In this document: piece by piece, positions 17,456 to 26,649 of the stretch
Layout: each line of letters starts with the position of its first letter
Position numbering within the stretch: the stretch's first letter is position 1
Translations under genes and position numbers: made by a program
IMG/VR virus record: IMGVR_UViG_3300037515_000413
Location: 1 to 45,208 of that record
Length of the DNA stretch: 45,208 bases
From: a virus
Lineage: Duplodnaviria > Caudoviricetes
Direction: 5' to 3' (one strand)
Notes under the pieces: model-generated
What the model saw: only the letters and a program-made list of their open reading frames with translations
What the model was told of the DNA's origin: nothing
Database searches by the model: none

Positions 17456-17731
17456 ATGACATGGACTCCCGAACGCATCAGCGCGCTGGTGGACCGCGTT
17501 GGCAGCGTGCCGGAGACGGCGCGCAGGCTGGGCGTGAGCCGGTGGGCGCTCCACAGGTGGCTGAACGGCAGGACCAGGCCGCGGCACAGCCGCGCGCTGG
17601 TCGCGCTCACAAGGCTGGAGGCAGAGTTTGGGGCGCAGGAATTCTGCTCAGCCTCGCACTGGTGTTGCTCGCTGGTGCGGGATGTACAAGCGCGCTTGCA
17701 GACGAGGCCACGGAGCAGACCCCCGGAGTGA
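17456..17731 (+). CDS. Cro/XRE-like HTH protein
   Basis: SVPETARRLGVSRWALHRWLNGRTRP. Confidence 0.75.
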   Translation: MTWTPERISALVDRVGSVPETARRLGVSRWALHRWLNGRTRPRHSRALVALTRLEAEFGAQEFCSASHWCCSLVRDVQARLQTRPRSRPPE

Positions 17732-18030
17732 TTACGCCAGACCTCCACGCGACCGCCGTGGCCTTCTTTGAGACGGCTGTGCCGCTACAGGAGACCGCGG
17801 TGGCCGTCTGGGCCACTGCGACGGCCCCGCAGCCCACGCCAGAGCCCGCCGGTGAGTTCATCCGGTTCACGTTCCAGGAGTGCGCGGGCACACCTGGGCT
17901 GGACGAGCAGGTATGCGGGACGCTGCTCAGGACGTTTGAGCTCTACCGGGAACTTGGAGCGCCGGTGGAGGTGGACGGGACAGGCGCGGTGAGCGTTGAG
18001 CGGATGCTTCCGGATGTGAGGTCCAACTGA
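17628..18030 (+). CDS. Putative lipoprotein/secreted protein; start uncertain (possible frameshift)
   Basis: ILLSLALVLLAGAGC hydrophobic stretch plus lipobox-like Cys, then ATAVA..TATAPQPTPEP; alternative starts 17452 and 17728. Confidence 0.5.
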
Positions 18031-18287
18031 TGGCGACTCTCTCAGATGCAGACCGGCGCGAGATATGGGCGCGGTTCATGTCGGAACTCTCGAACGAGAG
18101 AGAACCGGTCGCGGTGACGAAGGCCGATCTGCGTGCGGCCTTCGACGCGCTCGATCAGTGGGCCGATGACAACGCGGCGTCAGCCAACCAGGCGCTCCCT
18201 GTGGCGGCGCGCAACGGCCTCACCACTTCACAGAAGGCAAGGCTCCTGATGGAAGTCGTCAGGCAGCGGTACGTGAAGGGAGTCTGA
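18030..18287 (+). CDS. Hypothetical protein
   Basis: TGATG overlap; coding-like codon usage. Confidence 0.75.
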   Translation: MATLSDADRREIWARFMSELSNEREPVAVTKADLRAAFDALDQWADDNAASANQALPVAARNGLTTSQKARLLMEVVRQRYVKGV

Positions 18288-18289
18288 CG

Positions 18290-18781
18290 ATGGCATCGGG
18301 CGACACGCTTTTGATTTTCACGCCGTACGCGAACGAGCCGCCAGCGTCCAACTTCGCGACGCTCGACACCCGTAACTTGCACCCCGTCCTGGACTTTGAC
18401 GCCTCGACCAACGAGTCGGCGGTGTTCAGGGGAGTCATGCCGCAGTCCTACGCGGGCGGGGGCGTGACGGTCTTCCTGCACTACGCCATGAGTTCGGCGG
18501 AGTCCGGGGACGTTGACTGGGACGTGGCGTTCGAACGGATAGGCGACCAGCAGCAGGACATCGACTCCGACTCGTTCGCGGCCGTGAACTCGGTTGACAA
18601 CACCACGGTCCCGGCGACATCGGGGCTTGTGGACGTTGTGAGCGTGGCCTTCACGGACGGGGCCGATATGGACTCGGTTGCCGCTGGCGAGGCGTTCAGG
18701 ATACAGGTCACACGCGACGCGGCCTCCGACACTGCGGCGGGAGATGGTGAGTTGGTCGGAGTAGAGGTGCGAGAAACGTAA
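18290..18781 (+). CDS. Putative structural protein
   Basis: Acidic beta-rich 163 aa; RBS GGGAG. Confidence 0.75.
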   Translation: MASGDTLLIFTPYANEPPASNFATLDTRNLHPVLDFDASTNESAVFRGVMPQSYAGGGVTVFLHYAMSSAESGDVDWDVAFERIGDQQQDIDSDSFAAVNSVDNTTVPATSGLVDVVSVAFTDGADMDSVAAGEAFRIQVTRDAASDTAAGDGELVGVEVRET

Positions 18782-19563
18782 TGTGCGCGCGGCTTTTTGA
18801 CGACGCGGATACCCAGTACCTGAACTTCGGCACGGCCCTCATAGACGAGCCGCCGTTCACGATGTGCTGCTGGGTGAACCTGGACGACGACGGCATCATC
18901 CATACGGTGATGTGGAGCGGGGACAAGGACCAGACCAACCGTTTTCACTGCCTCCAGGTGTCCGGTTCCGGCGGGACGGTCAGGGCCGTGTCAGTCGCCG
19001 GGAACACCGGCATTGCGAGTTCCGGCACGGGCTGGACCATCAACAACTGGCACCACGCGGGGGGCGTGTGGCCCAACGCGGACAGCCGCACGGCCTACCT
19101 GGACGGTGTTGCAGGGACGGAGGACACGACCGCGACCAGCGCGGTCAACACGGATACGTTCGACATCGGGCGTTCAGGCGACTCGACTCCTGTCCAGTAC
19201 ACATCTGGACTGCTGGCCGAGCTGGCGGTCTGGGACGTGGCTTTAACTGATGCCGAGATGGCTATTCTGGCGAAGGGCTTTTCACCGCTGCTTGTGAGGC
19301 CGCAGAGCCTCGCGATGTATGTGCCGGGCGTGCGCGAGCAGGCGAGCGGAGACGACCGCGACCTGGTGCGTGGCGCGGCGTTCGCATCGAACGGGGCTGC
19401 CGGGGCGGTGGGTACGGGCAACCACCCTCGCATTATCTACCCGCAGGCGTACCACCTTGGGCTGGCCGCGGCTGCGGCGGCTCCTGAGGGCGACCCTGAA
19501 GGCCCGCTGGTGGGCGGGAAGCTTGTTGGGCGCGGGCTCCTCGGCGGGAGGCTGGCGGCATGA
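18781..19563 (+). CDS. LamG/concanavalin-like domain virion protein
   Basis: FTMCCWV, NNWHHAGGVW, YLDGV and GLLAELAVWDVALTDAEM. Confidence 0.85.
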   Translation: MCARLFDDADTQYLNFGTALIDEPPFTMCCWVNLDDDGIIHTVMWSGDKDQTNRFHCLQVSGSGGTVRAVSVAGNTGIASSGTGWTINNWHHAGGVWPNADSRTAYLDGVAGTEDTTATSAVNTDTFDIGRSGDSTPVQYTSGLLAELAVWDVALTDAEMAILAKGFSPLLVRPQSLAMYVPGVREQASGDDRDLVRGAAFASNGAAGAVGTGNHPRIIYPQAYHLGLAAAAAAPEGDPEGPLVGGKLVGRGLLGGRLAA

Positions 19564-21218
19564 CCGATATCTACTACCCGGTCGCAGGCGACACCCTGCC
19601 CATCTTCTTCTCCACCTATGACGGCGGTACGGGCGCGTCCATCACCATGACGGGGCTGGCCGTCACTGATGTCGAAATCTACAAAGATGGAGGCGTCACC
19701 CAGCGCGCCTCGGACTCCGGGTACACGTTGCTGGACACGGACGGCATCGACTTCGACAGCCTGACGGGCATCCACGGGTTCTCGATAGACCTGTCGGACG
19801 ATGATGACGCCGGGTTCTTTGAGGTTGGCCCGTGGTATCACGTCGTGGTCGCGTCCGTGACGATTGACGGCCAGACGGTGAACTTCATTCCAGCGGCGTT
19901 CCGCATCGTCTCAGCGACCCGCGGGCTGGCCGGGACCGCGCTGCCCAACGCCGCAGCCGACGCCGCGGGCGGGCTGGTGATCTCCGACGCTGGGGGCGTT
20001 GACGCGGACGCCCAGGCTGCGAGTGTGGCCGCCATAGAGGTTGACACCGGCACCACGCTTCAGGGCGAGGTTGACGGCATACAGGCGGACACGGAGGACA
20101 TCCAGGCGCGGCTCCCCGCTGCGCTCGTTGGAGGCCGGATTGACGCCACTGTGGACGCCACGGGCCTTGAGTCCGGGGCTGCCGGAGTGATTGCTGATGC
20201 AGTGTGGGACGAGGACGCCACGGGCCATCAGACTGGCGGGACGTTCGGGCAGGCCATCGGAGACCCCGGAGCCAACACGGAGACGATGTACGACGCGGTC
20301 ATAACGGACGCGGCTGGCACGAACGTCGCCGCGGACATCATCGCAATAGACGGGAATGTTGACCAGCTCCATGAGGCTGTCATTCTTCGCCGGGACACCG
20401 CTCAAGCGGGCGGGAACACCAGTATCACGCTGGATGCGGGTGCATCCGCCGTTGATGACTTCTACAAGGACAGCTTGGTCGTCATCGTAGACGGGACTGG
20501 AGCGGGCCAGAACCGGGTTGTCACGACATACAACGGCACAAGCAAGGTTGCAACCACACAGTCAATCTGGGGCACGAACCCGGATGCGACCAGTGTGTTT
20601 GTCCTGATAAGCGGCGGCGGCGTTACGGTCGAGGGATGGAGAGGCGGCGCACCAGCATCACTTCAGAGCTCCCGTGTGAACGCGTTTGTCGGTGCGATGG
20701 ATTCAAACACGATCACATCCAATGCCTTTGCCGCTGGATCAATAACGGCAAGCGCCATTGCCGCGGATGCGATAGGGGCATCCGAACTAGCGGCTGACGC
20801 CGTGGCTGAGATTGCGGACGCGGTGCTGGACGAAGCTCTCTCAGGCCACACGACAGCCGGGACGCTCGGCAAGGCTGTCGCGGATATTGAGACGGACGCT
20901 GCGGCCATCCTTGACGACACAGACGACATAGGTGTCGCGGGCGCGGGCCTGTCCGGCATCCCGTGGAACGCGGACTGGGACACGGAGGTTCAGAGCGAAG
21001 TGCAGGACGCGCTCGACGGCACCCTTGCCGACTCCGTGCCTGCGGACGGGACAAGGCCGTCGCTGGCGCAGGCGGTCTACATGGTCGTCCAGTTCCTCAC
21101 TGAGAGGGCTGTCAGCGGAACGGACGTGTCGGTAAAGAAGGTGGACGGCTCCACAGAACTGTTCGGGCTGGCCCTTGACGATGCGACAAGCCCAACGTCC
21201 ATCTCGCGGGATGCATAG
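19560..21218 (+). CDS. Long acidic fibre/spike-like virion protein
   Basis: 552 aa; internal repeat IADAVxDE..GH.T.GT.G.A; ITLDAGASAVDDFY..GTGAGQ.R module. Confidence 0.75.
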   Translation: MTDIYYPVAGDTLPIFFSTYDGGTGASITMTGLAVTDVEIYKDGGVTQRASDSGYTLLDTDGIDFDSLTGIHGFSIDLSDDDDAGFFEVGPWYHVVVASVTIDGQTVNFIPAAFRIVSATRGLAGTALPNAAADAAGGLVISDAGGVDADAQAASVAAIEVDTGTTLQGEVDGIQADTEDIQARLPAALVGGRIDATVDATGLESGAAGVIADAVWDEDATGHQTGGTFGQAIGDPGANTETMYDAVITDAAGTNVAADIIAIDGNVDQLHEAVILRRDTAQAGGNTSITLDAGASAVDDFYKDSLVVIVDGTGAGQNRVVTTYNGTSKVATTQSIWGTNPDATSVFVLISGGGVTVEGWRGGAPASLQSSRVNAFVGAMDSNTITSNAFAAGSITASAIAADAIGASELAADAVAEIADAVLDEALSGHTTAGTLGKAVADIETDAAAILDDTDDIGVAGAGLSGIPWNADWDTEVQSEVQDALDGTLADSVPADGTRPSLAQAVYMVVQFLTERAVSGTDVSVKKVDGSTELFGLALDDATSPTSISRDA

Positions 21219-21431
21219 ATGGCTAACGGAATCATCAGCCTTGGAATCGGCACCGGCACAGCGGACATCGGGCTGTTCATCACGCTCGGCCTCGAATCCT
21301 CAACCATCACGGACGCGCTGGCGATCATCCGCCTCCGCGGGCAGAGCGCGCCCATATCCCTGCTTGGGGCCAGTTCTCCCGTCGCGCTCCGCGGGCAGAG
21401 TTCTCCGATTCAACTCAGGGGGCGTGAGTAA
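21219..21431 (+). CDS. Small hypothetical structural protein
   Basis: Abuts both neighbours; repeated LRGQSxPI. Confidence 0.7.
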   Translation: MANGIISLGIGTGTADIGLFITLGLESSTITDALAIIRLRGQSAPISLLGASSPVALRGQSSPIQLRGRE

Positions 21432-21799
21432 TGCCGATTGAATCCCCCGTCACCAAAAGACACAGGTACGTGATTGGCGACGACCGGCCAATCCAGATTG
21501 ACGTCGTGGATAAGGACGGCGCAGCCAAGAACATGAACGGCTGGGCGCTGACATTCGAGATCAAGGCCACACGTACCTCCACAACCGCGCTCATATCGAA
21601 AACGACCGTGTCGGGGATCACGATTGGCGACGGGGCCGGGACTGACGACCGCGCCTCCATCACGATCTCGGACGCGGACGCCGAGGCCGCGCTTTCCGAA
21701 GGCGTCTACTGGTGCCAGTTGAGGCGGACGGACGCGGGCAGCGAAGAGCTACTTCAGTACGGGTCGTTTGAAGCCTTCAACCACGGGTACGGGACATGA
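21431..21799 (+). CDS. BppU-N-like Ig-fold structural protein
   Basis: GDD.PI.I.V.DKDG..G.Y.C.L pattern. Confidence 0.65.
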   Translation: MPIESPVTKRHRYVIGDDRPIQIDVVDKDGAAKNMNGWALTFEIKATRTSTTALISKTTVSGITIGDGAGTDDRASITISDADAEAALSEGVYWCQLRRTDAGSEELLQYGSFEAFNHGYGT

Positions 21800-22293
21800 G
21801 CTACGCAAATATCGCGGACGTGCAGGCAAGGGTCGGGGACATCGTGTCTTCACGGATATTCACGTCGTCAACCGTCCCGACAGCCGAAGAGGTCGAGAAC
21901 ATCCTTGACGGTGTCTCGGCTGAGTTCGACGCGGAACTCGCGGGCGCGGGATATGCAGTCCCTTTGGACGAGATCACCGACACGACGGCCCACGCGTGGG
22001 CCAGGAGGGCGCAGGCCGCGTTTGCATCGGCCTACGTCCTCAACCTGTTCCCGGGCGCGGCGCTTGACCCCAACGATGACTCGCCAATTTCCAACAGGAG
22101 GTCGGGACTGTTCGCGGAGGGCAAGCGGTTTCTGGAGGCCGTGCAGAAGCAGAGGCTCGCCGCCACGCGGACCACTTCGAGATTGGGACGGATGAAGGTT
22201 GGTTCAGCCACGGACTCGAACGGCCTGACCAAGAAACCGACCTTCACGAGAGGAATGTTCGACTACCCCGGAAGCGTGAGCAGGGTGGAATGA
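21796..22293 (+). CDS. Head-tail adaptor
   Basis: MSYANIADVQAR N-terminus typical of gp6/gp36-like adaptors. Confidence 0.75.
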   Translation: MSYANIADVQARVGDIVSSRIFTSSTVPTAEEVENILDGVSAEFDAELAGAGYAVPLDEITDTTAHAWARRAQAAFASAYVLNLFPGAALDPNDDSPISNRRSGLFAEGKRFLEAVQKQRLAATRTTSRLGRMKVGSATDSNGLTKKPTFTRGMFDYPGSVSRVE

Positions 22294-22745
22294 CAGAGGC
22301 AACCATAAAGGCGGGTGTCGCTGCGGTCGTTGCAAAGCTGGCCGGATACACGTCTGGCACCAACGTCACGGAGGACGACTACAGAGTTCTCGCGAACGGG
22401 TCGGACAAGTACGCCATCGTGACATCAGGAGACGGGTCTAGCTCGGAAGTCCTGACGCTGGGAACGTCGCGAACGGTGATGAACAGGTGGGCTATCGAGT
22501 TGCAGGTGCTAGTCCCGCTCAGGGCGCAGGCGCATGGGGACGCTGAAGCCGACGTGATCGCTGAGACGGACGCCGTTCTGGCCGAGCTTCACAAATGGCC
22601 GGAACTCGACGGGGTTTCGGGAGTGGTGGAGGTACAGGTTGGAAACCCGTTGAGTCTGATTGATACGGCGCAGCAGCGTGAATTCGTAGGCCGGATGATT
22701 CCCCTCATGGTGCAGGAAGTCATCGCGGTAGCCCTAAGCGAGTAA
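22290..22745 (+). CDS. Putative tail terminator/completion protein
   Basis: Synteny and size. Confidence 0.6.
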   Translation: MTEATIKAGVAAVVAKLAGYTSGTNVTEDDYRVLANGSDKYAIVTSGDGSSSEVLTLGTSRTVMNRWAIELQVLVPLRAQAHGDAEADVIAETDAVLAELHKWPELDGVSGVVEVQVGNPLSLIDTAQQREFVGRMIPLMVQEVIAVALSE

Positions 22746-22749
22746 CGCC

Positions 22750-23241
22750 ATGATGGGACGGATGGAATGGACTGGGACACGTTCGCTCGCGCGGAACCTC
22801 CGTGCGCGCCGGACGATCATCCAGGGTGCGCTCAACCGGACTCTCAGGGCTGTTGGACGGGTGGTTACTCCCGCGTTGAAGGGCAACACGCCAAGGATGA
22901 CCACGAAGCTCGCCAACTCGACACGTTTTCAACTGGTGGGAGGGCCACAGGCGCAACAGTTGGAAATCCGTCAGGGCGCGAAAACCCCGAAGGGAGCCTT
23001 CTACGGAAGGTTTGTAAGGGAAGGGACACGCGCACATGACATCGTGCCCATCCCACCCAACAAGGCACTGAGGTTCGTTGTTGGGGGTCAGACGGTGTTC
23101 CGTAAGCGGGTCCACCACCCTGGCACGAAGCCGAACGCATATCACGTCAGGACTCTTAATCAGACAAGGGGAGCGGTGCAGGCGATAGCCGACCGGGAAG
23201 GCGCGAACGTGGCGGCTGAGTTCGCGAGGGGTAAAGACTGA
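22750..23241 (+). CDS. HK97 gp10-like neck/tail component
   Basis: TP..T.KLANS, YGRFVREGTRAH.I.P..KALRF..V.HPGTKPN. Confidence 0.8.
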   Translation: MMGRMEWTGTRSLARNLRARRTIIQGALNRTLRAVGRVVTPALKGNTPRMTTKLANSTRFQLVGGPQAQQLEIRQGAKTPKGAFYGRFVREGTRAHDIVPIPPNKALRFVVGGQTVFRKRVHHPGTKPNAYHVRTLNQTRGAVQAIADREGANVAAEFARGKD

Positions 23242-23960
23242 TGGTCGCGCACTCGAAACTTACAAGGGTCTACCTGGACGAGCACGACATCTCCGGTGTT
23301 CTAACGGGCTTTGACCACTCTCCCGAACACCAGTTGGTTGAAGCCACGGTGTTCACAGACACGGCGCGTAAACATTCACGTGGGCTTGGCGAAGAGACGT
23401 GGAGCCTGGAGTCGCTGTTTGACAGCGGAGACGACGGCGACGCCGCGATAGTCGCTTTGAGGTCAGGGTCGGGGTTGATGACGCTCTGGCCGGGTGGAGA
23501 TGCGATAGAGAAGGTGGGGGTGTCGGGCTCGGCCGTTCAGGCTTCCAACTACTCCGGTGGCGTGAGGGTCGGGGAACTTGTGGCGTTTAGAGCGCAGGGC
23601 CAGTGGGAGCAGGTCACGGACAGGCTTGTCTCACTTGGGACAGAGAGCACGGTCACGTCCACAACCGCGGGGACTTCGATTGACGACGGCGGGGCATCGG
23701 CTGACGGCGGGGTCTTCGTCGTGCATGTCCTGGCGTTCTCAGCCACGGGAGGGAACGCGCAGTGGGTCATAGACCTTGAAGAGTCCGATGACGACGGTGC
23801 ATTGGACGATTTCGCGGCCGTGGACTCCATCACCTTCTCCGCAGTTGGAGCCGAGAGGTCAACGTTCGCAGGGGCATTTGAGCAGTACGTCCGGGTGAAA
23901 GCCACGCTGGACGCCTCATCAGGGTCGATCACCTACCAGGCGGGCTACGTCAGGAACTAG
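23241..23960 (+). CDS. Tail tube-like protein 1 with an extra C-terminal domain
   Basis: N-terminal half paralogous to 23971-24396. Confidence 0.7.
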   Translation: MVAHSKLTRVYLDEHDISGVLTGFDHSPEHQLVEATVFTDTARKHSRGLGEETWSLESLFDSGDDGDAAIVALRSGSGLMTLWPGGDAIEKVGVSGSAVQASNYSGGVRVGELVAFRAQGQWEQVTDRLVSLGTESTVTSTTAGTSIDDGGASADGGVFVVHVLAFSATGGNAQWVIDLEESDDDGALDDFAAVDSITFSAVGAERSTFAGAFEQYVRVKATLDASSGSITYQAGYVRN

Positions 23961-23970
23961 GAGCTAAGAC

Positions 23971-24396
23971 ATGGTCGTCCACTCAAAAGATTCCACCTTC
24001 ACGCTGACGGACGTGGGCACAACCGAAAGGATTGTCGCGCGGGTAACCGCGATAGACGGCCTTCCGGGTGAGGCCGAGCTTATCGAAGACACGCCCATCG
24101 CACAGGCGTACCGGACTCACACGAGGGGTCTGGAGTCGGGCGAGTTCACGGTAGAGGGCTTGTGGGACGACACGGCCAACACCGGCCCTGACGTTGTGCT
24201 GGGAGGGCTGAGGACGACGGACACAGCCTCGACCTATGAGTTCGGCCCGGAAGGGTCTGAATCCAGCGATGTCCGGTACACCGGGACGGCCAAGCTCCGC
24301 AACTACTCGATTGGGGTGAGAGTGGGGGAGATGGTGTCATGGAGAGCCACGTTCGTGAAACAGTCCGCGGTCACAAGGGACACGTTCGGTGCATAG
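23971..24396 (+). CDS. Major tail tube protein
   Basis: FTVEGLWDD, YEFGPEG..YTG..VGEMVSW; strong RBS AGGAG. Confidence 0.8.
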   Translation: MVVHSKDSTFTLTDVGTTERIVARVTAIDGLPGEAELIEDTPIAQAYRTHTRGLESGEFTVEGLWDDTANTGPDVVLGGLRTTDTASTYEFGPEGSESSDVRYTGTAKLRNYSIGVRVGEMVSWRATFVKQSAVTRDTFGA

Positions 24397-24877
24397 AGAG
24401 CGGATAGGCGACTGCACGCGGATTACCTGGGACGACGGCACATGGTGGGAGGTCTACAACGACCTGCCCTACGGAGTGAGCCGCGCGGTCGCGGTCGAGG
24501 CCGCGAAGCTCGGCTCGGTCTCGTTGCAGGACGGCGAGCCTGCCATGGCGTTCTCAAAGGACATCTCAGTCGAGAAGTTCGTGGCGGCCGAGACGCGCAT
24601 CTTGGAAATCAGACTCTTGGGGTGTACCAGGGCGTGGAGCTTCGAGGGTGAGGTGAGCGTTGACCGCATCAACGCCATCAGGCCCGACACGAAGGTCCGG
24701 GAGGTGGTGCAGGTCTTGAACGGGCTTCACAGACCTGTGGAGCGGAGCGAAGAGCTAAAAAACGGCTTGAGCTCGCCCTCTACCTCAGGAGCGGCGGGCA
24801 GTCAGACGGTGACGCAGAAATCCCCGGAGAGTTCCGGGGAGTCTACGACTACCGCGGGTGGGTCAAGTCCGGACTGA
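24389..24877 (+). CDS. Tail assembly chaperone (gpG-like)
   Basis: Between the tube and tape-measure genes; contains slippery A AAA AAC. Confidence 0.8.
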   Translation: MHRERIGDCTRITWDDGTWWEVYNDLPYGVSRAVAVEAAKLGSVSLQDGEPAMAFSKDISVEKFVAAETRILEIRLLGCTRAWSFEGEVSVDRINAIRPDTKVREVVQVLNGLHRPVERSEELKNGLSSPSTSGAAGSQTVTQKSPESSGESTTTAGGSSPD

Positions 24878-24993
24878 TGAGTCCCTACTCACCCGAGGAA
24901 TTCGCCCGTAAGCCCGCTTGGTGGGTGAACGACCTTGCGATGGTTGAGAGCTACATCAACAAGGTGCAGGAAGCCAGAGAGCAACTGAAGTGA
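24757..24993 (+). other. -1 programmed frameshift site and gpGT-like extension
   Basis: A AAA AAC at 24757-24763 in register; the -1 frame is open to TGA 24991-24993, overlapping the TMP start. Confidence 0.85.
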
Positions 24994-26072
24994 CCAGCCA
25001 GCACGACACGGTATTGAGGTTCATTGCAGAGGACGAAGCCTCTGAGGACATGGGGCGCCTCCAGGAGCGCACTGAAGGTCTTCAGCGCGGGTTCGCGGGC
25101 CTCAACCGCGGGATGCTGGCGCTTGGACTGGGGACCATTTCAACCGGCGTGGCCTTCCGGTTTGTGCTCACCCGTTCTGAGGAATTAAGGCAGTCCATGG
25201 TGAACATGGGCGTCCTCATGGAGACCCTGCCGGTCAACATCACGCAGGCGTTCGATGAGTTGAAGGCCAGCGGCGCGTTCGCTGCACTCGCGGATGAGAT
25301 TGGGGTTACGGAACGCGAAGTCGAAGAGATGTTCCTGAACATCGCCCGTCATTCCCTTGGGGTCAAGCCGTCCATAGACGACGTAGCAGGGGCGTTCGGG
25401 ATAGTCAAGTCTGGCGCGTCCGATGCAGGCGGGGCCGCGGAACTCATGGGCGGCAAGCTCCGTGGCCTTCATCAGCCCCTCATGGAACTGGGCGGCGGCA
25501 TGAGGGACGCTGAGTCGGTAACGCGGGAGTTCGCCAGGGCGGCCCGCGAGTCCACAGACGACTGGGACCGGGCAAAGAAGACGTTCACGGAGGTTGGAGA
25601 CTGGTTCGCGGGCGTGGGCAGAGAGGCGATCATTGACTTTGCCCGATGGTTCGACGCGGATGTCTGGAGGGAACGCTTCGGCCAGATTACAGACGGACTG
25701 AAAACGCTCAGCGATGACTTTATGGACAGGCTGGGGCGCATCGGCGATTGGTTCAAATCTCTTCCCGGCATTGTCTTGAACGCGCTCAGGTCAGTACGCG
25801 GTTGGATTGACCAGTACCTGATCTCACCGCTGAGCGATGCCTGGGACTTGCTACAGAGGTTCAATCCATTTGGAGGGAACGTCTCTGCGCCATCAGGGTC
25901 GTTTGGTACTTCGACAGCCGCGCCCCAGCCGGTGAGCATGGGTATGGGATCGAGCGTGGTTGTGAACGTCTACAACCCGGTGGTAGACAACGAGGTCCGG
26001 GTGGCTGAGACGGCGCGCCAGATTACCAGGCAGGTGCGTGAGAACCTGCGCGGCGGCGGGAGTCTGGCGTGA
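24990..26072 (+). CDS. Tape measure protein (short, 360 aa)
   Basis: Position after the chaperone; LRFIAEDEAS N-terminus; helical with spaced W/F; VVVNVY C-terminus. Confidence 0.8.
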   Translation: MTSQHDTVLRFIAEDEASEDMGRLQERTEGLQRGFAGLNRGMLALGLGTISTGVAFRFVLTRSEELRQSMVNMGVLMETLPVNITQAFDELKASGAFAALADEIGVTEREVEEMFLNIARHSLGVKPSIDDVAGAFGIVKSGASDAGGAAELMGGKLRGLHQPLMELGGGMRDAESVTREFARAARESTDDWDRAKKTFTEVGDWFAGVGREAIIDFARWFDADVWRERFGQITDGLKTLSDDFMDRLGRIGDWFKSLPGIVLNALRSVRGWIDQYLISPLSDAWDLLQRFNPFGGNVSAPSGSFGTSTAAPQPVSMGMGSSVVVNVYNPVVDNEVRVAETARQITRQVRENLRGGGSLA

Positions 26073-26074
26073 GA

Positions 26075-26635
26075 CTACAGACAGCCGCCGGCCTTCAATT
26101 GCCGGTGCATCTCGGCGGCCTTCTCCGTGGCTTCCTCCGCGACTGGCAGATAGGCAGAGCCGTTTGGCCCGTGCGCCTTCTCCCACAGGCCGGGGAGCGC
26201 ATCGCCATACGCAATGAACATTTTCAGCAGCGCATCGCAGGTTGCGGATACCTGGGACGGCTCTTGTGTTGGCGCACACGCCAGTTCCGTCCAGCGGTCA
26301 TCGGCATATTTGAGCGTTGCACGCCGCTGCTGAATGAAGTCTTCACTAAGTCCATATTCAGAAATGAAAGTTGGGTCGAGACTCCGCGTGAGCGAAAGAC
26401 GCTGCTCATGCAAGGATGGAATCTCACCAGGGCCGCCGCATTCGGTATAGGCCGCGATCTGCTCTCTGACGCCGAACCAGTCGTCAAACTCCGTCTCTGC
26501 GGCCGGCGGTTCTCCGGGCGCTGTCAGGGCCACGACAACAATGAGCGCCACGGACAGCGCCGCGACGCCTATCAGAATCCGCTTCCACATAACGCGCGCA
26601 GCGTACGCGCTCATGGAGCCCTCCGCAATGTCCAT
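26075..26635 (-). CDS. Antisense moron: membrane-anchored/secreted protein
   Basis: KRILIGVAALSVALIVVVAL hydrophobic N-terminus; 4 Cys; start 26635 or 26614. Confidence 0.7.
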   Translation of the reverse strand: MDIAEGSMSAYAARVMWKRILIGVAALSVALIVVVALTAPGEPPAAETEFDDWFGVREQIAAYTECGGPGEIPSLHEQRLSLTRSLDPTFISEYGLSEDFIQQRRATLKYADDRWTELACAPTQEPSQVSATCDALLKMFIAYGDALPGLWEKAHGPNGSAYLPVAEEATEKAAEMHRQLKAGGCL

Positions 26636-26649
26636 GGAGCCTACGCGTA

